DNA of 64,000 bases, from assembly GCA_036495645.1 (NCBI GenBank), contig DASXMN010000011.1, forward strand, positions 62,940-126,939, in the 5' to 3' direction. Of the stretch, positions 26,301 through 35,023 are shown piece by piece. Numbering within the stretch: the stretch's first letter is position 1; the number at the start of each line of letters is the position of its first letter. The notes under the pieces are model-generated. The model did not search any database, was not told the origin of the DNA, and saw only the letters and a program-made list of their open reading frames with translations. The DNA comes from Candidatus Angelobacter sp. Lineage in GTDB: Bacteria; Acidobacteriota; Terriglobia; Terriglobales; Acidobacteriaceae. Made by a program: the position numbers and the translations under genes.

Positions 26301-29300
26301 TATCCCATGGCACAGAAACATCTCTTGGTATGATTTGCACCGGCCGGTCCAGGTCTTTGTACTTGAAAGCCACGCACAAATTTTTGTGGCGACGAAACAA
26401 AGCTTTAGCTGCATCTTGAAGCGATTTTTCATCGAGCGGCCCTTCCAGACGGAGAGCGATCTGGACGTTGTACACATCCGGTCCACCCGCATCATAAAAA
26501 GCATGGAAGAGCATTCCCTCCTGGACCGGTGTGAGCGGCAATATGTCTTCGATTTCTCCGTATTCGCTCTCAAGCTGGTCAATTTCAGATTGGGAGAGGG
26601 CGACCAGGGGCACGTCAGACGGCGTGAGTCCTCCCGATCCGGGTTGTTCGCTATGCTGGACAAGCGCTTCCAGCATGTGGAACCACCCTTCTGCCAATGA
26701 ATGAACGTCCTGTTCTGAAAATATTCCCGGCATCCACGTCCAGATGGCCGTCAACTCCGGACCGGCAGCCCGCTCCAGGACCATGGAATCCACTTGCAAT
26801 GGATGATGGAAGGCCATTTCAGGGTCCAGGCCTCCACTGAAAGATTCGGCGGGTGCCCAATCGACAGTTTCCGCCACCGGAAAACGGCCCAGGTAGTTGA
26901 AGTCAATTTGAGACTTGGCCAGAGCAGACAAAACTGACTCAGTTTCAGGATTCAAATAGCGCAGCAATCCATAACCAATCCCATTGTTGGGGACCGCGCG
27001 AAGCTGTTCCTTGATTGATTTGAGTGCTATTCCCAGCGCTTCCCCTCCCGCCCAGGCTTCCTCAAGGTCCAGCGGACCAGGATCAAGACGCACAGGAAAG
27101 ATGCTGGTAAAAAACCCCACCGTGCGCGAAAGATCAACCCCGTCGAAAATGCTTTCCCGCCCATGGCCTTCCATGTCAATTAAAACGGACGTGCCATTGC
27201 CCGGATGACGCTGTCGCCGCCATTTCAGAATGCTGAGAACCAGCCCAGTGAGCAGCACGTCATTGATTCGCGCATGAAATGCGCCTGCAACCCGGCTTAG
27301 CAAAGGAGCAGTAACTTTGGGCGGCAACGTAAGAACAATCTGGCTGGCTTTGCCCACGGTATCGCGACCGGGAACGAGTTGGTGGCCGGGAACAAGTTCC
27401 AGTGCGTCCTTCAACGTGTCAGTCCAGAAGGATAATTCCTTCACTCGCTCTGGATTCAGCGCCTCACGGCTTAATCGTTCAGCCCAGCCTCGGAATGAGA
27501 CGGGGGATGGTTCAAGTAGTGGAGAATTTCCAGCACTGATTGCTGCCCAGGCGGACGCGAGGTCTGGCAAGAGGATTCGCCAGGACACTCCATCGACGGC
27601 TAAATGATGGATAACCAGCAGCAAATGGCCGGACGAACTGCGGCCCGCGTCAAACCATATAGCCTGCAGCATGAGTCCGTTTTCAGCGGACAGCCGTTTC
27701 GTGGCAGCTTGTGCCTCCTCCTGTATCTTCTGCCTGCATACATCATCGGCAAGTCCTGCGATATAGATTGCATGCAAGCACGATTCTGCATTCACCGCGC
27801 CTTGCGCCAGTACCTCCAGTCTCCATTCCTCTCTGCGCCCTTCCGCGCCGGTGAAACGCAGGCGCAGAGCATCGTGATGATCCAGTATCGTCTGCAAAGC
27901 GCGCGCAAGATCCTGGCGCTCCAGATTGGCCGGGACTTGCAGCACAATAGACTGGCTGAAGCTATGCAGCGTGCCACCTGACTCCAGGAACCAGCACATG
28001 ATCGGAGTGGGTGGCATGGCTCCTACTCCGACATCGGGCACGGCAGCCGCCGCATCTTCGTTTTGGGCCTGGGAAATGCCCGCGAGGGCCTCAATCGTCG
28101 ATTGTTCAAAAACATCGCGCAAGCTAACGATCAGCCCCACTTTCCGCGCGCGACTGACCAACTGAAATGCCAAAATGCTGTCACCGCCCAGAGCGAAGAA
28201 ATTATCGTCCGGCGTGGCGCGAGAGATGCCGAGCACCTGCATCATGAGTGAACAGAAAACTTCTTCCGCATGTGTGCGAGGCGCGCGCCCTGAACGGCCC
28301 CCCATGAATTCAGGCGTCGGCAATGCCTTGCGGTCGAGCTTGCCGTTCGAGTTCAAAGGCAGAGAGGAGAGAACCGTAATGGAGGCGGGCACCATGTAGT
28401 TGGGCAGCATGTGAACCAGGCGCTCGCGCAACTCAGTGGCATTTAAGCTGCGGCCCGGGGCAGGAACCACGTAGGCAAACAGCCGCTTCTCCTCCTTCTT
28501 GTCCTCGCGCACAATCACGGCTGCGTGGCCCACGCCGGAACAGCCCAACAAAGCTGCCTCAATTTCTGCCAACTCGATGCGATATCCGCGAAGCTTGACC
28601 TGCTGGTCAGTTCGTCCCAGGAACTCTATCTGCCCGTCTTCTCTCCAACGCACTCGATCGCCGGTGCGATACATGCGTCCGCCAGAATTACGGAAGGGAT
28701 TCGGGACAAAACGCTCTGCCGTAAGATCAGGCCGTTTCAAATACCCGCGCGCCACTCCGGCGCCGGCAATAAATAACTCACCGGGAATACCCACCGGGAC
28801 CGGCTTGAAAGCAGAATCCAGAACGTAGACCTGGTGGTTATCCATGGCGCTGCCAATCGGCACATTGCCGTTCAACTTCTCCGGGTTGGACACCGCATAA
28901 TGGGTGGCAAAAGTAGTGGTTTCCGTTGGTCCGTAGCCATTGCACACCAGGGTCTCAGGGCAATGCCGGCGCAGCCGTTGGACGGCGGCGGCGGAAACAA
29001 CATCGCCGCCCGCCCATATCTCAGGAACACCGGAAAAGCATTCCGGTGCCTCCTGAACCAGCACATTGAAAAGGGCGGCTGTGAGGAACGTAGACGTGAT
29101 TTTCTCCGTCTGGAACAAACGCTTGTAATCGGCAACATCCAACTCGCCGGGCGGCGCAGTGATGACCTGTTTGCCTCGCAGTAATGGGGCCCAGATCTCG
29201 AACGTCGAAGCGTCAAAAGCGTGGGAAGAATGAAACAGCACTCTTTCCAAGCTCCCCTCCCGCCAGCTACGGTCGAATGCCAGGCTAACAACATTGCGGT

Positions 29301-31323
29301 GTGTTACGGCAACGCCTTTGGGAGTACCAGTGGATCCCGAAGTATACATGGCATAGGCAAGCTGGTCGGGATGGACCGCGACATTGGGATCGCTATCGTC
29401 TTCATTTTGCGCCGCCAGAGAAGGATCGCCATCGAGAATGATGACCTGGGTGTGAGTAAGTCCGCGGCTTGCAGTTGTACGGTCGAGGAGAAGCGCGGAC
29501 GCGCCTGCCTCTTCCATAATCAGGCGCATGCGCTCAAGTGGATACGCGGGATGTAGCGGAAGATATGCGCCGCCGGCTTTCAACACCGCAAGCGTGGCAA
29601 CTATCATGTCCACGGACCGTTCCATCAGGATGGCAACCACAGTCTCAGATTTGACGCCGGTGCTTATGAGCCTGTGAGCAAGATGGTTTGCCCGCTTATT
29701 CAGTTCACTATAGGTCAGCTCCGCTTGCGACGATCGAAGAGCAATGGCGTTTTCGGCCTGTGAAACCTGCACGGCAAAGCAGCTTTGAATGGTCTGCGTG
29801 GACGGATAGGGCACGGCAGTGTCATTCCAATCTGTAAGAATCTGTTGCCGCTCACGATCATTGATCAGCAGAAAATCATTCAGTCGCTTGCCCGGATCAG
29901 CCGTCGCCTGCTCGAACAAACGCTGAAAATGCTGCATCATACGCTCCCCTGTGGAGGCCAGGAAGAGATCGACAAGGTAGTCAAAAACCACGACGGCATG
30001 ATCGGTGTTATCGTTCACTCCGAGATTGACGTCCAGCCAGCCTGACTGGTAAAAAGCGTCAAATTCTTCCAGTGTCACGCCGGCCGGAGGTTGCGGCGGC
30101 TTGTGGTCGTTGCCAAACGCATACGAACTGTCCACCAGTGGCGCCCGGCTGGGATCACGCTCGGCCTGGAGTTTGTTCAACAGAAACTCAAAGGGCAAAT
30201 CGGAGTTCGCCATAGCTTCCAGTGTGGTCAAGCGCGTGCGCTGCAACAGTTCACGAAAGCTGGGATCGCCCGAGAGATCCAGACGATACACGATGGTATT
30301 GAGAAAGTAGCCAATCACAGGTTGCGTTTCCCGATGCTTGCGGCTGCTCACCGGCGTGGCAATGGGAATGTCATCTTTGCCGCTATATTCCCTCAGGAAC
30401 ATGGCAAAGACGGCGAGAAACCCTGTAAATCGTGTGACATTTTCAGCCGCACACAACTGCTTGAACTGCACCCACAACGTCTCCGGCAGATTCCATACAA
30501 GGCGCACGGCGCTAAAACTCCGGTTATGCGGGCGCGGCATGTCCGTTACCAGATCGAGGCGCGGCATGTCCGCGAGTTTGCGGATCCAATAGTCAGCTTG
30601 TCTGGCGGCTTCTTCAGACTTCATCCAGTGGTCGAGCCAGTAGGCAAAGTCGCCGTACTGAATCGTCAGATCGGGAAGGGGAGATGGCAATCCGCGGGAA
30701 AAAGCATCGTAAAGAGCAAAGAACTCATTATCAATCAAATCATAGGAAACAAAATCCGTGATGAGGTGATGGAGAGTGAGCATGACTGCATGCTCATGTT
30801 CAGTGACGCGGAAAAGAGTCGCTCGAATCAAAGGACCCTTCAGGATGTCAAAAGGCCGGCAAGTGTGGGCTGTAACCAGGGCTTGCAAACGCTCGTACCG
30901 GTCTTCCACAGGAAACTCCGGCACTTCCACCCGCTCCAGCGGAATCTGAAGCTCGGGAGCAACTACCGCCCTGGGCTTGCCGTCAATTTCCGGGAGCGAC
31001 GTGCGAAAATTCTCGTGGCGACGCACCATTTCGTTAATAGCACGCTCCACCGCATCAATATTCAAGTCGCCTTTCAGCCGATAGGCATGGGTATGGTTGA
31101 AGTAATAGACATTCGGATCAACCTGATGCAGCAGCCACAGATGTTCCTGCTCGGCAGTGAGTGGATAATCCGACGTGGGACGACGCTTGATGGCTGATTT
31201 GGATTCGCTTCGCGGCCCTTCACCTCGCAGCCGCTTCTGCAGCATTTCGCGCTGGGCCGGCGTAAGCCGGGAAATCCGCTCCTGATGGACGCTTGGTTCT
31301 TCACTGTGAACTTCGTTGCTCAT
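23353..31323 (-). CDS. non-ribosomal peptide synthetase NRPS3: C-A-T-E-C-A-T
   Basis: 2656 aa. C1 has the variant motif HHLITDFVS. A1 has YTSGSTGTPKG. T1 has FFALGGDSI. The E domain has HHLAVDGVSW, at about nt 26644-28026. The following C starts LPLTPVQEGMLFH and has HHILVDGWS, which is DCL-like. A2 has YTSGSTGQPKA. T2 has FYALGGHSL. It ends with the same ~45-aa tail as NRPS4. Confidence 0.95.
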   Translation of the reverse strand: MSNEVHSEEPSVHQERISRLTPAQREMLQKRLRGEGPRSESKSAIKRRPTSDYPLTAEQEHLWLLHQVDPNVYYFNHTHAYRLKGDLNIDAVERAINEMVRRHENFRTSLPEIDGKPRAVVAPELQIPLERVEVPEFPVEDRYERLQALVTAHTCRPFDILKGPLIRATLFRVTEHEHAVMLTLHHLITDFVSYDLIDNEFFALYDAFSRGLPSPLPDLTIQYGDFAYWLDHWMKSEEAARQADYWIRKLADMPRLDLVTDMPRPHNRSFSAVRLVWNLPETLWVQFKQLCAAENVTRFTGFLAVFAMFLREYSGKDDIPIATPVSSRKHRETQPVIGYFLNTIVYRLDLSGDPSFRELLQRTRLTTLEAMANSDLPFEFLLNKLQAERDPSRAPLVDSSYAFGNDHKPPQPPAGVTLEEFDAFYQSGWLDVNLGVNDNTDHAVVVFDYLVDLFLASTGERMMQHFQRLFEQATADPGKRLNDFLLINDRERQQILTDWNDTAVPYPSTQTIQSCFAVQVSQAENAIALRSSQAELTYSELNKRANHLAHRLISTGVKSETVVAILMERSVDMIVATLAVLKAGGAYLPLHPAYPLERMRLIMEEAGASALLLDRTTASRGLTHTQVIILDGDPSLAAQNEDDSDPNVAVHPDQLAYAMYTSGSTGTPKGVAVTHRNVVSLAFDRSWREGSLERVLFHSSHAFDASTFEIWAPLLRGKQVITAPPGELDVADYKRLFQTEKITSTFLTAALFNVLVQEAPECFSGVPEIWAGGDVVSAAAVQRLRRHCPETLVCNGYGPTETTTFATHYAVSNPEKLNGNVPIGSAMDNHQVYVLDSAFKPVPVGIPGELFIAGAGVARGYLKRPDLTAERFVPNPFRNSGGRMYRTGDRVRWREDGQIEFLGRTDQQVKLRGYRIELAEIEAALLGCSGVGHAAVIVREDKKEEKRLFAYVVPAPGRSLNATELRERLVHMLPNYMVPASITVLSSLPLNSNGKLDRKALPTPEFMGGRSGRAPRTHAEEVFCSLMMQVLGISRATPDDNFFALGGDSILAFQLVSRARKVGLIVSLRDVFEQSTIEALAGISQAQNEDAAAAVPDVGVGAMPPTPIMCWFLESGGTLHSFSQSIVLQVPANLERQDLARALQTILDHHDALRLRFTGAEGRREEWRLEVLAQGAVNAESCLHAIYIAGLADDVCRQKIQEEAQAATKRLSAENGLMLQAIWFDAGRSSSGHLLLVIHHLAVDGVSWRILLPDLASAWAAISAGNSPLLEPSPVSFRGWAERLSREALNPERVKELSFWTDTLKDALELVPGHQLVPGRDTVGKASQIVLTLPPKVTAPLLSRVAGAFHARINDVLLTGLVLSILKWRRQRHPGNGTSVLIDMEGHGRESIFDGVDLSRTVGFFTSIFPVRLDPGPLDLEEAWAGGEALGIALKSIKEQLRAVPNNGIGYGLLRYLNPETESVLSALAKSQIDFNYLGRFPVAETVDWAPAESFSGGLDPEMAFHHPLQVDSMVLERAAGPELTAIWTWMPGIFSEQDVHSLAEGWFHMLEALVQHSEQPGSGGLTPSDVPLVALSQSEIDQLESEYGEIEDILPLTPVQEGMLFHAFYDAGGPDVYNVQIALRLEGPLDEKSLQDAAKALFRRHKNLCVAFKYKDLDRPVQIIPRDVSVPWDTLDLSALGAVEREQSWAELMQRDRLTRFNPSVSPLFRFLMVRCAPEEFRLLITTHHILVDGWSVPLMIAELQQLYEHHGSAAALPRVTAFRDYLAWLSSRDRSAAEAAWRETLAGLEEGTRISPLASLGDPKIPERMIVELDEETTRRLKEQARARNLTVNTIVQGAWAVLLSRHTGREDVVFGSTVSGRSPEIAGVESMIGLLINTVPTRVTLRSADSFNDVVSRLNQEQSRLLAHQHLGLVEIQRLTKLNELFDTLVVFENFPRGEEGDAEPSGGLRFTVMDLNDAAHYPLTVVVAPGRRLGMYFTYNPDHFSSSLIETMSRRFVRLLTAYATAPDQPVNFIDLLDARERRQIVVEFNQTHTEYPRNRTMMELFAEQVERRGEELAVICDQEKISYIELDRRSNQLGRYLRNLGVGPEKLVGISVERSVDMVLAMVGILKAGGAYVPIDPAYPPDRLRFMAEDSDIGVWLTQGRLANRIPTLKANVVCLDRDWDEIAQQSHQSFQTQVLPENLAYVVYTSGSTGQPKAAAVSHRSLIRLLRETNYIQFQGDEVVAQTVNMSFDPSTFEIWGALLNGCRLVIIGNEVLLDVERFAAEIIDKRVQVMFLATALFNEVGRLKPAMFNSVKHLLFGGEAVYPVTAAAVLEHGGPERLVNAYGPAECTTFSGWYVVKEVARDAPSVPIGKPVANTQLYVLDRNMNLEPVGIRGQLYIGGEGLARGYWRRPELTAERFVPDPYGQPGGRLYNVGDLARWMEDGNLEFFGRADNQIKIRGFRVELGEIEVALLQHRRVRNCAVLMKTLASGKQLVAYVSGEANADELKNYLKAKLPEYMVPGVYVMLPELPLNTNGKVDRRALPEVEDRVLQEIHEDVPEAMTAIEELLADLWKEVLGVVRVSMRSNFYALGGHSLLALRVVSRINDYFQTGLSVRTLLEYPVFTEFAQKLRSISARPVQEMEKIARIGLMVRKMTPEERTAALSTR

Positions 31324-31539
31324 GTCTTTAGAAAATCTCCCATTCTCGCAGGTGGCTCCTGCCTGGAATTGCCGCCAATGCGTGGTAGTGGAGCAAGTTT
31401 GACTGCTCCCTGTATCAGCATCTAGCGATTCGCTTTTGCGAATCGCGTGCCTTTAGGCAGACGTAATCGCGACAGCGATGAATCCTCGTATCCACAGCCG
31501 GGCACCCAAAACCAAACTGAGTTCCGGAGCTATTGCTGT

Positions 31540-32718
31540 TTATGTCTCAACTCTTACTGAAATGTAATCTGCTATCGGAGGAATCGATGCCAGGCCATGC
31601 TCCAGAATCTGGACCCCTCCTCTGTTCTCGATTTCCGTAAATCCAGCAAACTTGTAAGTGACGTACATCATGCGGTTGCGGTCATTCGATACAAATTCAG
31701 AAAGCAGCCGGACCCTGGATTCCCGCGCCTTCCTCAGAATATGGTTCAACATGATTGTGCCCACACCCCGGTTCATCACCCGGCAGGACATGAGCAGCAG
31801 CTCGATCGTCCACACTTCAGGATCGCATTCCACCAGGGCAAGGCCAATTTTTCCGTAACTGCCAAACTTGTCAGTCAACTCAGACATGAGCAGGAGGTGG
31901 CGATCTGAGCACCGCAGTTTTTCCAGCTCTTCCCGGGAAAAGGTGCGTCCCGTGGTGTTGAGTTGATTGGTACGGTTGGTAAGTTCCTCCGCCCGGGCCA
32001 GGTCTTCGGCACGCGCAGGAGAGATCGTAAACACCATGCCGAGAGTAGCGAGGAATTCCTCCTGTGGTCCGGTGAATGTGTCTTCTGTCTGCTTACGTCG
32101 CATTTCGCCCAGATACATCTGGCGTCGCATGCGGGATTCTGCCGTGATGGTCTCAGGGTTTAGTTCCGGCATCCGCAGCAGATGGAGCAATTGGGTATGG
32201 TCCACACAAAGGACCTGCGGCAGTGCAGCCCGGACTTCCGCAAGCTCAAAGGGCTGGTCGTCAATAAAACAGATGCTATCCAGGCCGATGTTAAGACTTT
32301 CAGCGATCATCCGTATGGAAGCCGCCTTGGATCCCCAGTTAATCTGGGGATACAGGAAGTATTCTTCCAACTCCAGTTCACGCAACCGGGCCAGCGCCGA
32401 TTCTGGATGATTGCGGCTAGCGATGGAGTTCAGAATGCCGCGAGCATCAAGTACGTGGATGATTTCCAGAACACCATCGCGCAGATGTACCTCATCGCCT
32501 TCAAGCAAAGTCCCGTCCCACAGGGTATTATCCAGGTCCCAAACGACGCACTTGACCTTGGGCCGTTTCACGGGCGCCGCGGCGTCTCTTGAAATTTCGT
32601 TTTGGATTCCGAGTTCATTCACAAGTAACGTCTCACTTGGCCGTGACTGCGCTGTCCGCAACTTCCTGACAGGCACTCTGCGCAATCGTGATTTCCTGGA
32701 TCTCATTGCTGCCTTCAA
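31540..32718 (-). CDS. FkbH-like HAD-superfamily phosphatase/acyltransferase (glyceryl-ACP forming)
   Basis: The HAD motif I block is VVWDLDNTLWDG, followed by NSIASRN...GSKAASI...FIDDQPFE. There is a GNAT-like C-terminal half. The start is uncertain: ATG 32718 overlaps the upstream gene by 86 nt, whereas GTG 32622 lies 10 nt past its stop. Confidence 0.85.
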   Translation of the reverse strand: MKAAMRSRKSRLRRVPVRKLRTAQSRPSETLLVNELGIQNEISRDAAAPVKRPKVKCVVWDLDNTLWDGTLLEGDEVHLRDGVLEIIHVLDARGILNSIASRNHPESALARLRELELEEYFLYPQINWGSKAASIRMIAESLNIGLDSICFIDDQPFELAEVRAALPQVLCVDHTQLLHLLRMPELNPETITAESRMRRQMYLGEMRRKQTEDTFTGPQEEFLATLGMVFTISPARAEDLARAEELTNRTNQLNTTGRTFSREELEKLRCSDRHLLLMSELTDKFGSYGKIGLALVECDPEVWTIELLLMSCRVMNRGVGTIMLNHILRKARESRVRLLSEFVSNDRNRMMYVTYKFAGFTEIENRGGVQILEHGLASIPPIADYISVRVET

Positions 32719-33784
32719 TGATCTCCATTATCTTGGCGTCCCGATAAAAGCGTTCTGCCGGATATTCGCTGCTGCATCCGTTTGCGCCGTGTATTTGAAC
32801 AGCATCCCGGGCAATCTTCGCGGCGGTCGTGCAGGCGAAGTATTTCGCAATCGAAGTCTCAATCATTGAGGCGGGATCGCCGGCATCCTTGAGTTGTCCG
32901 GCGTTGTAGCACAGCAAACGGGCTGCTTTCACGCCCACCACCACGCGCGCGATGATACGCTGAACCAGCTGGTGGTCCCGCAAGAGAGCGCCGAACTGTT
33001 TTCTCCGGCCGGTGTATCGCAGGCACGCTTCCAAACATGCCTGGGCAATGCCCACGCAGCCCCAGGCCACACTGTAACGGCCGCAATCCAGGGCTGAGGA
33101 GGCAACATGAGAAAGGCCGAACCCGGGAGCGCCGATCATGTTTTGTTTCCGCACACGGCATTGTTCCAGGTGGAGTTCAGCCATCATGGAGGCGCGCGTG
33201 CCCAACATGCCATGCACAGGCGAAATCACCAGTCCGGGCGTATTTCGTTCCAATAAGAAGGCACACGGGGCCCGCTGGCTTCTGGCGAATACCAGAAACA
33301 AATCTGCAATCTGCGCAAAGGTAATCCATTTCTTATGTCCGCTGAGAAGAAAATCATCACCGCTGGCCACGGCCTCTGTCCTGATTTCCCGCGCATCACT
33401 TCCGGCTTCGGGCTCGGTGAGAGCAAATGCGGCTATTGCCTGCCCCTGCCCCAGCTTTTCCAGCCACTGGGCCTTTTGCGCTTCCGTTCCCCACCGCCAT
33501 ATTGCCAAAGCAGCCATGCTATGCACGGTCAACAAACTGCGGAGGGATGAACAGCCTCGCCCCAATTCCTCATTCAGCAGGCCAAATTCAACCATATTGA
33601 ACCCGGCGCCGCCACGATCAGCCGGCAGCACTGCTCCGAGATAGCCCTTAACAGCCAATTGCCGCACCATCTCCGCCGGCATGACTTCTGCCTGGTCCCA
33701 GGCATTGGCGTAGGGTACGATCTGCGCGTCCGCAAATTCCCGGAACGCAATCCGTAGCCGCTGCTGTTCAGGAGTAAGTTCCAT
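32633..33784 (-). CDS. acyl-CoA dehydrogenase-family enzyme (FkbI/ZmaE-like, acts on acyl-ACP)
   Basis: 383 aa with the ACAD fold (AFALTEPEAGSD, ...YRDAKIMEIIEGSNEIQ). It is embedded with the FkbH, ACP and 3-hydroxyacyl-CoA DH genes. Confidence 0.85.
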   Translation of the reverse strand: MELTPEQQRLRIAFREFADAQIVPYANAWDQAEVMPAEMVRQLAVKGYLGAVLPADRGGAGFNMVEFGLLNEELGRGCSSLRSLLTVHSMAALAIWRWGTEAQKAQWLEKLGQGQAIAAFALTEPEAGSDAREIRTEAVASGDDFLLSGHKKWITFAQIADLFLVFARSQRAPCAFLLERNTPGLVISPVHGMLGTRASMMAELHLEQCRVRKQNMIGAPGFGLSHVASSALDCGRYSVAWGCVGIAQACLEACLRYTGRRKQFGALLRDHQLVQRIIARVVVGVKAARLLCYNAGQLKDAGDPASMIETSIAKYFACTTAAKIARDAVQIHGANGCSSEYPAERFYRDAKIMEIIEGSNEIQEITIAQSACQEVADSAVTAK

Positions 33785-33796
33785 AAAGATCCAGCG

Positions 33797-34054
33797 TCAA
33801 TTCGCGCCGTTCTGCGAGTTCGAAGTCTTTCTCTCTATCAGCTCCGCCATGGCGTTAACGCTCTGAAAATTTTTTAGCTCCAGGTCCTCGTTGCCAATGG
33901 CGATCTTAAAGTTCTTTTCCAGGAACAATACGAGTTGCATGGCAAACATAGAGTTGACAAACCCAGCCGCAAAAATCTGATCGTCATCAGCAATCGTCCG
34001 GCCGCTGATATGTCGCCCCAGGAAAGCCCTCAGTTTTTCTTTCGATTGCTCCAT
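33797..34054 (-). CDS. discrete acyl carrier protein (FkbJ/ZmaD-like)
   Basis: 85 aa with a DltC-like carrier pattern, GFVNSMFAMQLVLFLEKNFKIAI...NFQSV. The phosphopantetheine Ser is in NSM. Confidence 0.75.
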   Translation of the reverse strand: MEQSKEKLRAFLGRHISGRTIADDDQIFAAGFVNSMFAMQLVLFLEKNFKIAIGNEDLELKNFQSVNAMAELIERKTSNSQNGAN

Positions 34055-34078
34055 GAATTTCTTTCCTTGCAGGATTGA

Positions 34079-35023
34079 CTAATCTTCGTAACTATAAAAT
34101 CCGCGTCCGTTCTTGCGGCCGTACAGGCCGGCATCCACCATCTGCCGGAGTAGCGGACAGGGGCGGAATTTGCTGTCTTTAAATTCGTCATACAGGACCT
34201 CAATAGAAAGCAGAATGGTATCCAACCCAATGAGGTCGGCGGTTTCCAGCGGACCCATCTTATGCTCGAAGCAGTTCTTGAAAATATCGTCCACTGCCTC
34301 GGGCGAGGCGACTTTTTCCTGCACCAGAAAAATCGCTTCGTTGATGGTCAGCATCAGTACCCGGTTGGAAACAAATCCGGGCGAATCATTCACCAGGATG
34401 GCCTTTTTGCCCATAAGACCGAGCAACCGGGTTGCTGTAGCAATGGTGTTGTCGCTGGTGTGATAGCCGCGAATCACCTCAACCGCCGCCTTCAGCGGTA
34501 CCGGATTCATGAAATGCATACCAAGTACACGTGCGGGCTGGCGCGTTAAGGCGCTGATCCGGGTGATAGGAATAGCAGAGGTGTTGGCGGCGAAAACGCA
34601 TTGCGGAGAACAAATCGCATCCAGCCGGCGATACACCTCCGTCTTGACCGTCAATTTTTCCGTCACATTTTCAACCACGAAATCGGCATCCCGCAGAACG
34701 TCATAGTCGGCAGAAACCTTGATGCGCCCCAGGATTTCTTCAGGACCACTGCCCTGATTCCTGTGAAATAAACGCTGGAAACGAACGTTGTTTCTGATCT
34801 GCCCAAGGGCGGACTCCAGAATGGGATCGGAGACATCTATCAGCAGGGTGCGCAACCCGCTCTGGGCCAACGCATGGGCCAGGCCCACACCCATGACTCC
34901 CGCTCCAATCACACCTATGGTTTCAAGGCGGGGAAGACCCAGGTTGTCCCCGGATTGCTTGTCGTCAATCACCGGCGGATGGGCGGACATCATTTGTCTC
35001 CATTCCGGACAGTGCGGACTCAT
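34079..35023 (-). CDS. 3-hydroxyacyl-CoA dehydrogenase-family enzyme (FkbK/ZmaG-like)
   Basis: The dinucleotide fold is IGVIGAGVMGVGLAHALA, and the protein is Hbd-like throughout. The start is uncertain: ATG 35023 overlaps the PKS gene by 59 nt, and alternatives are ATG 34993/34990 or GTG 34972. Confidence 0.85.
   Translation of the reverse strand: MSPHCPEWRQMMSAHPPVIDDKQSGDNLGLPRLETIGVIGAGVMGVGLAHALAQSGLRTLLIDVSDPILESALGQIRNNVRFQRLFHRNQGSGPEEILGRIKVSADYDVLRDADFVVENVTEKLTVKTEVYRRLDAICSPQCVFAANTSAIPITRISALTRQPARVLGMHFMNPVPLKAAVEVIRGYHTSDNTIATATRLLGLMGKKAILVNDSPGFVSNRVLMLTINEAIFLVQEKVASPEAVDDIFKNCFEHKMGPLETADLIGLDTILLSIEVLYDEFKDSKFRPCPLLRQMVDAGLYGRKNGRGFYSYED

Noticed and set aside
30091-31197. 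This is a 368-aa + strand ORF. Other long + strand ORFs inside the megasynthase genes are similar, for example 51011-52057, 22714-23517, 24355-25068, 43434-44126 and 45305-45835.
   Set aside because: They lie antisense to minus-strand ORFs that carry complete NRPS/PKS core motifs. Their translations are Arg/Pro/Ser/His-rich and motif-free. Those at 43434, 46629 and 40170 simply mirror the module repeats. They are typical shadow ORFs of GC-rich coding DNA.
31540-35023. I considered methoxymalonyl-ACP as the product of the FkbH cassette.
   Set aside because: No FkbG-type O-methyltransferase gene is present in the window. The only MT is the N-MT-like insert inside an A domain. Hydroxymalonyl-ACP is the more economical reading, although an O-MT outside the window cannot be excluded.
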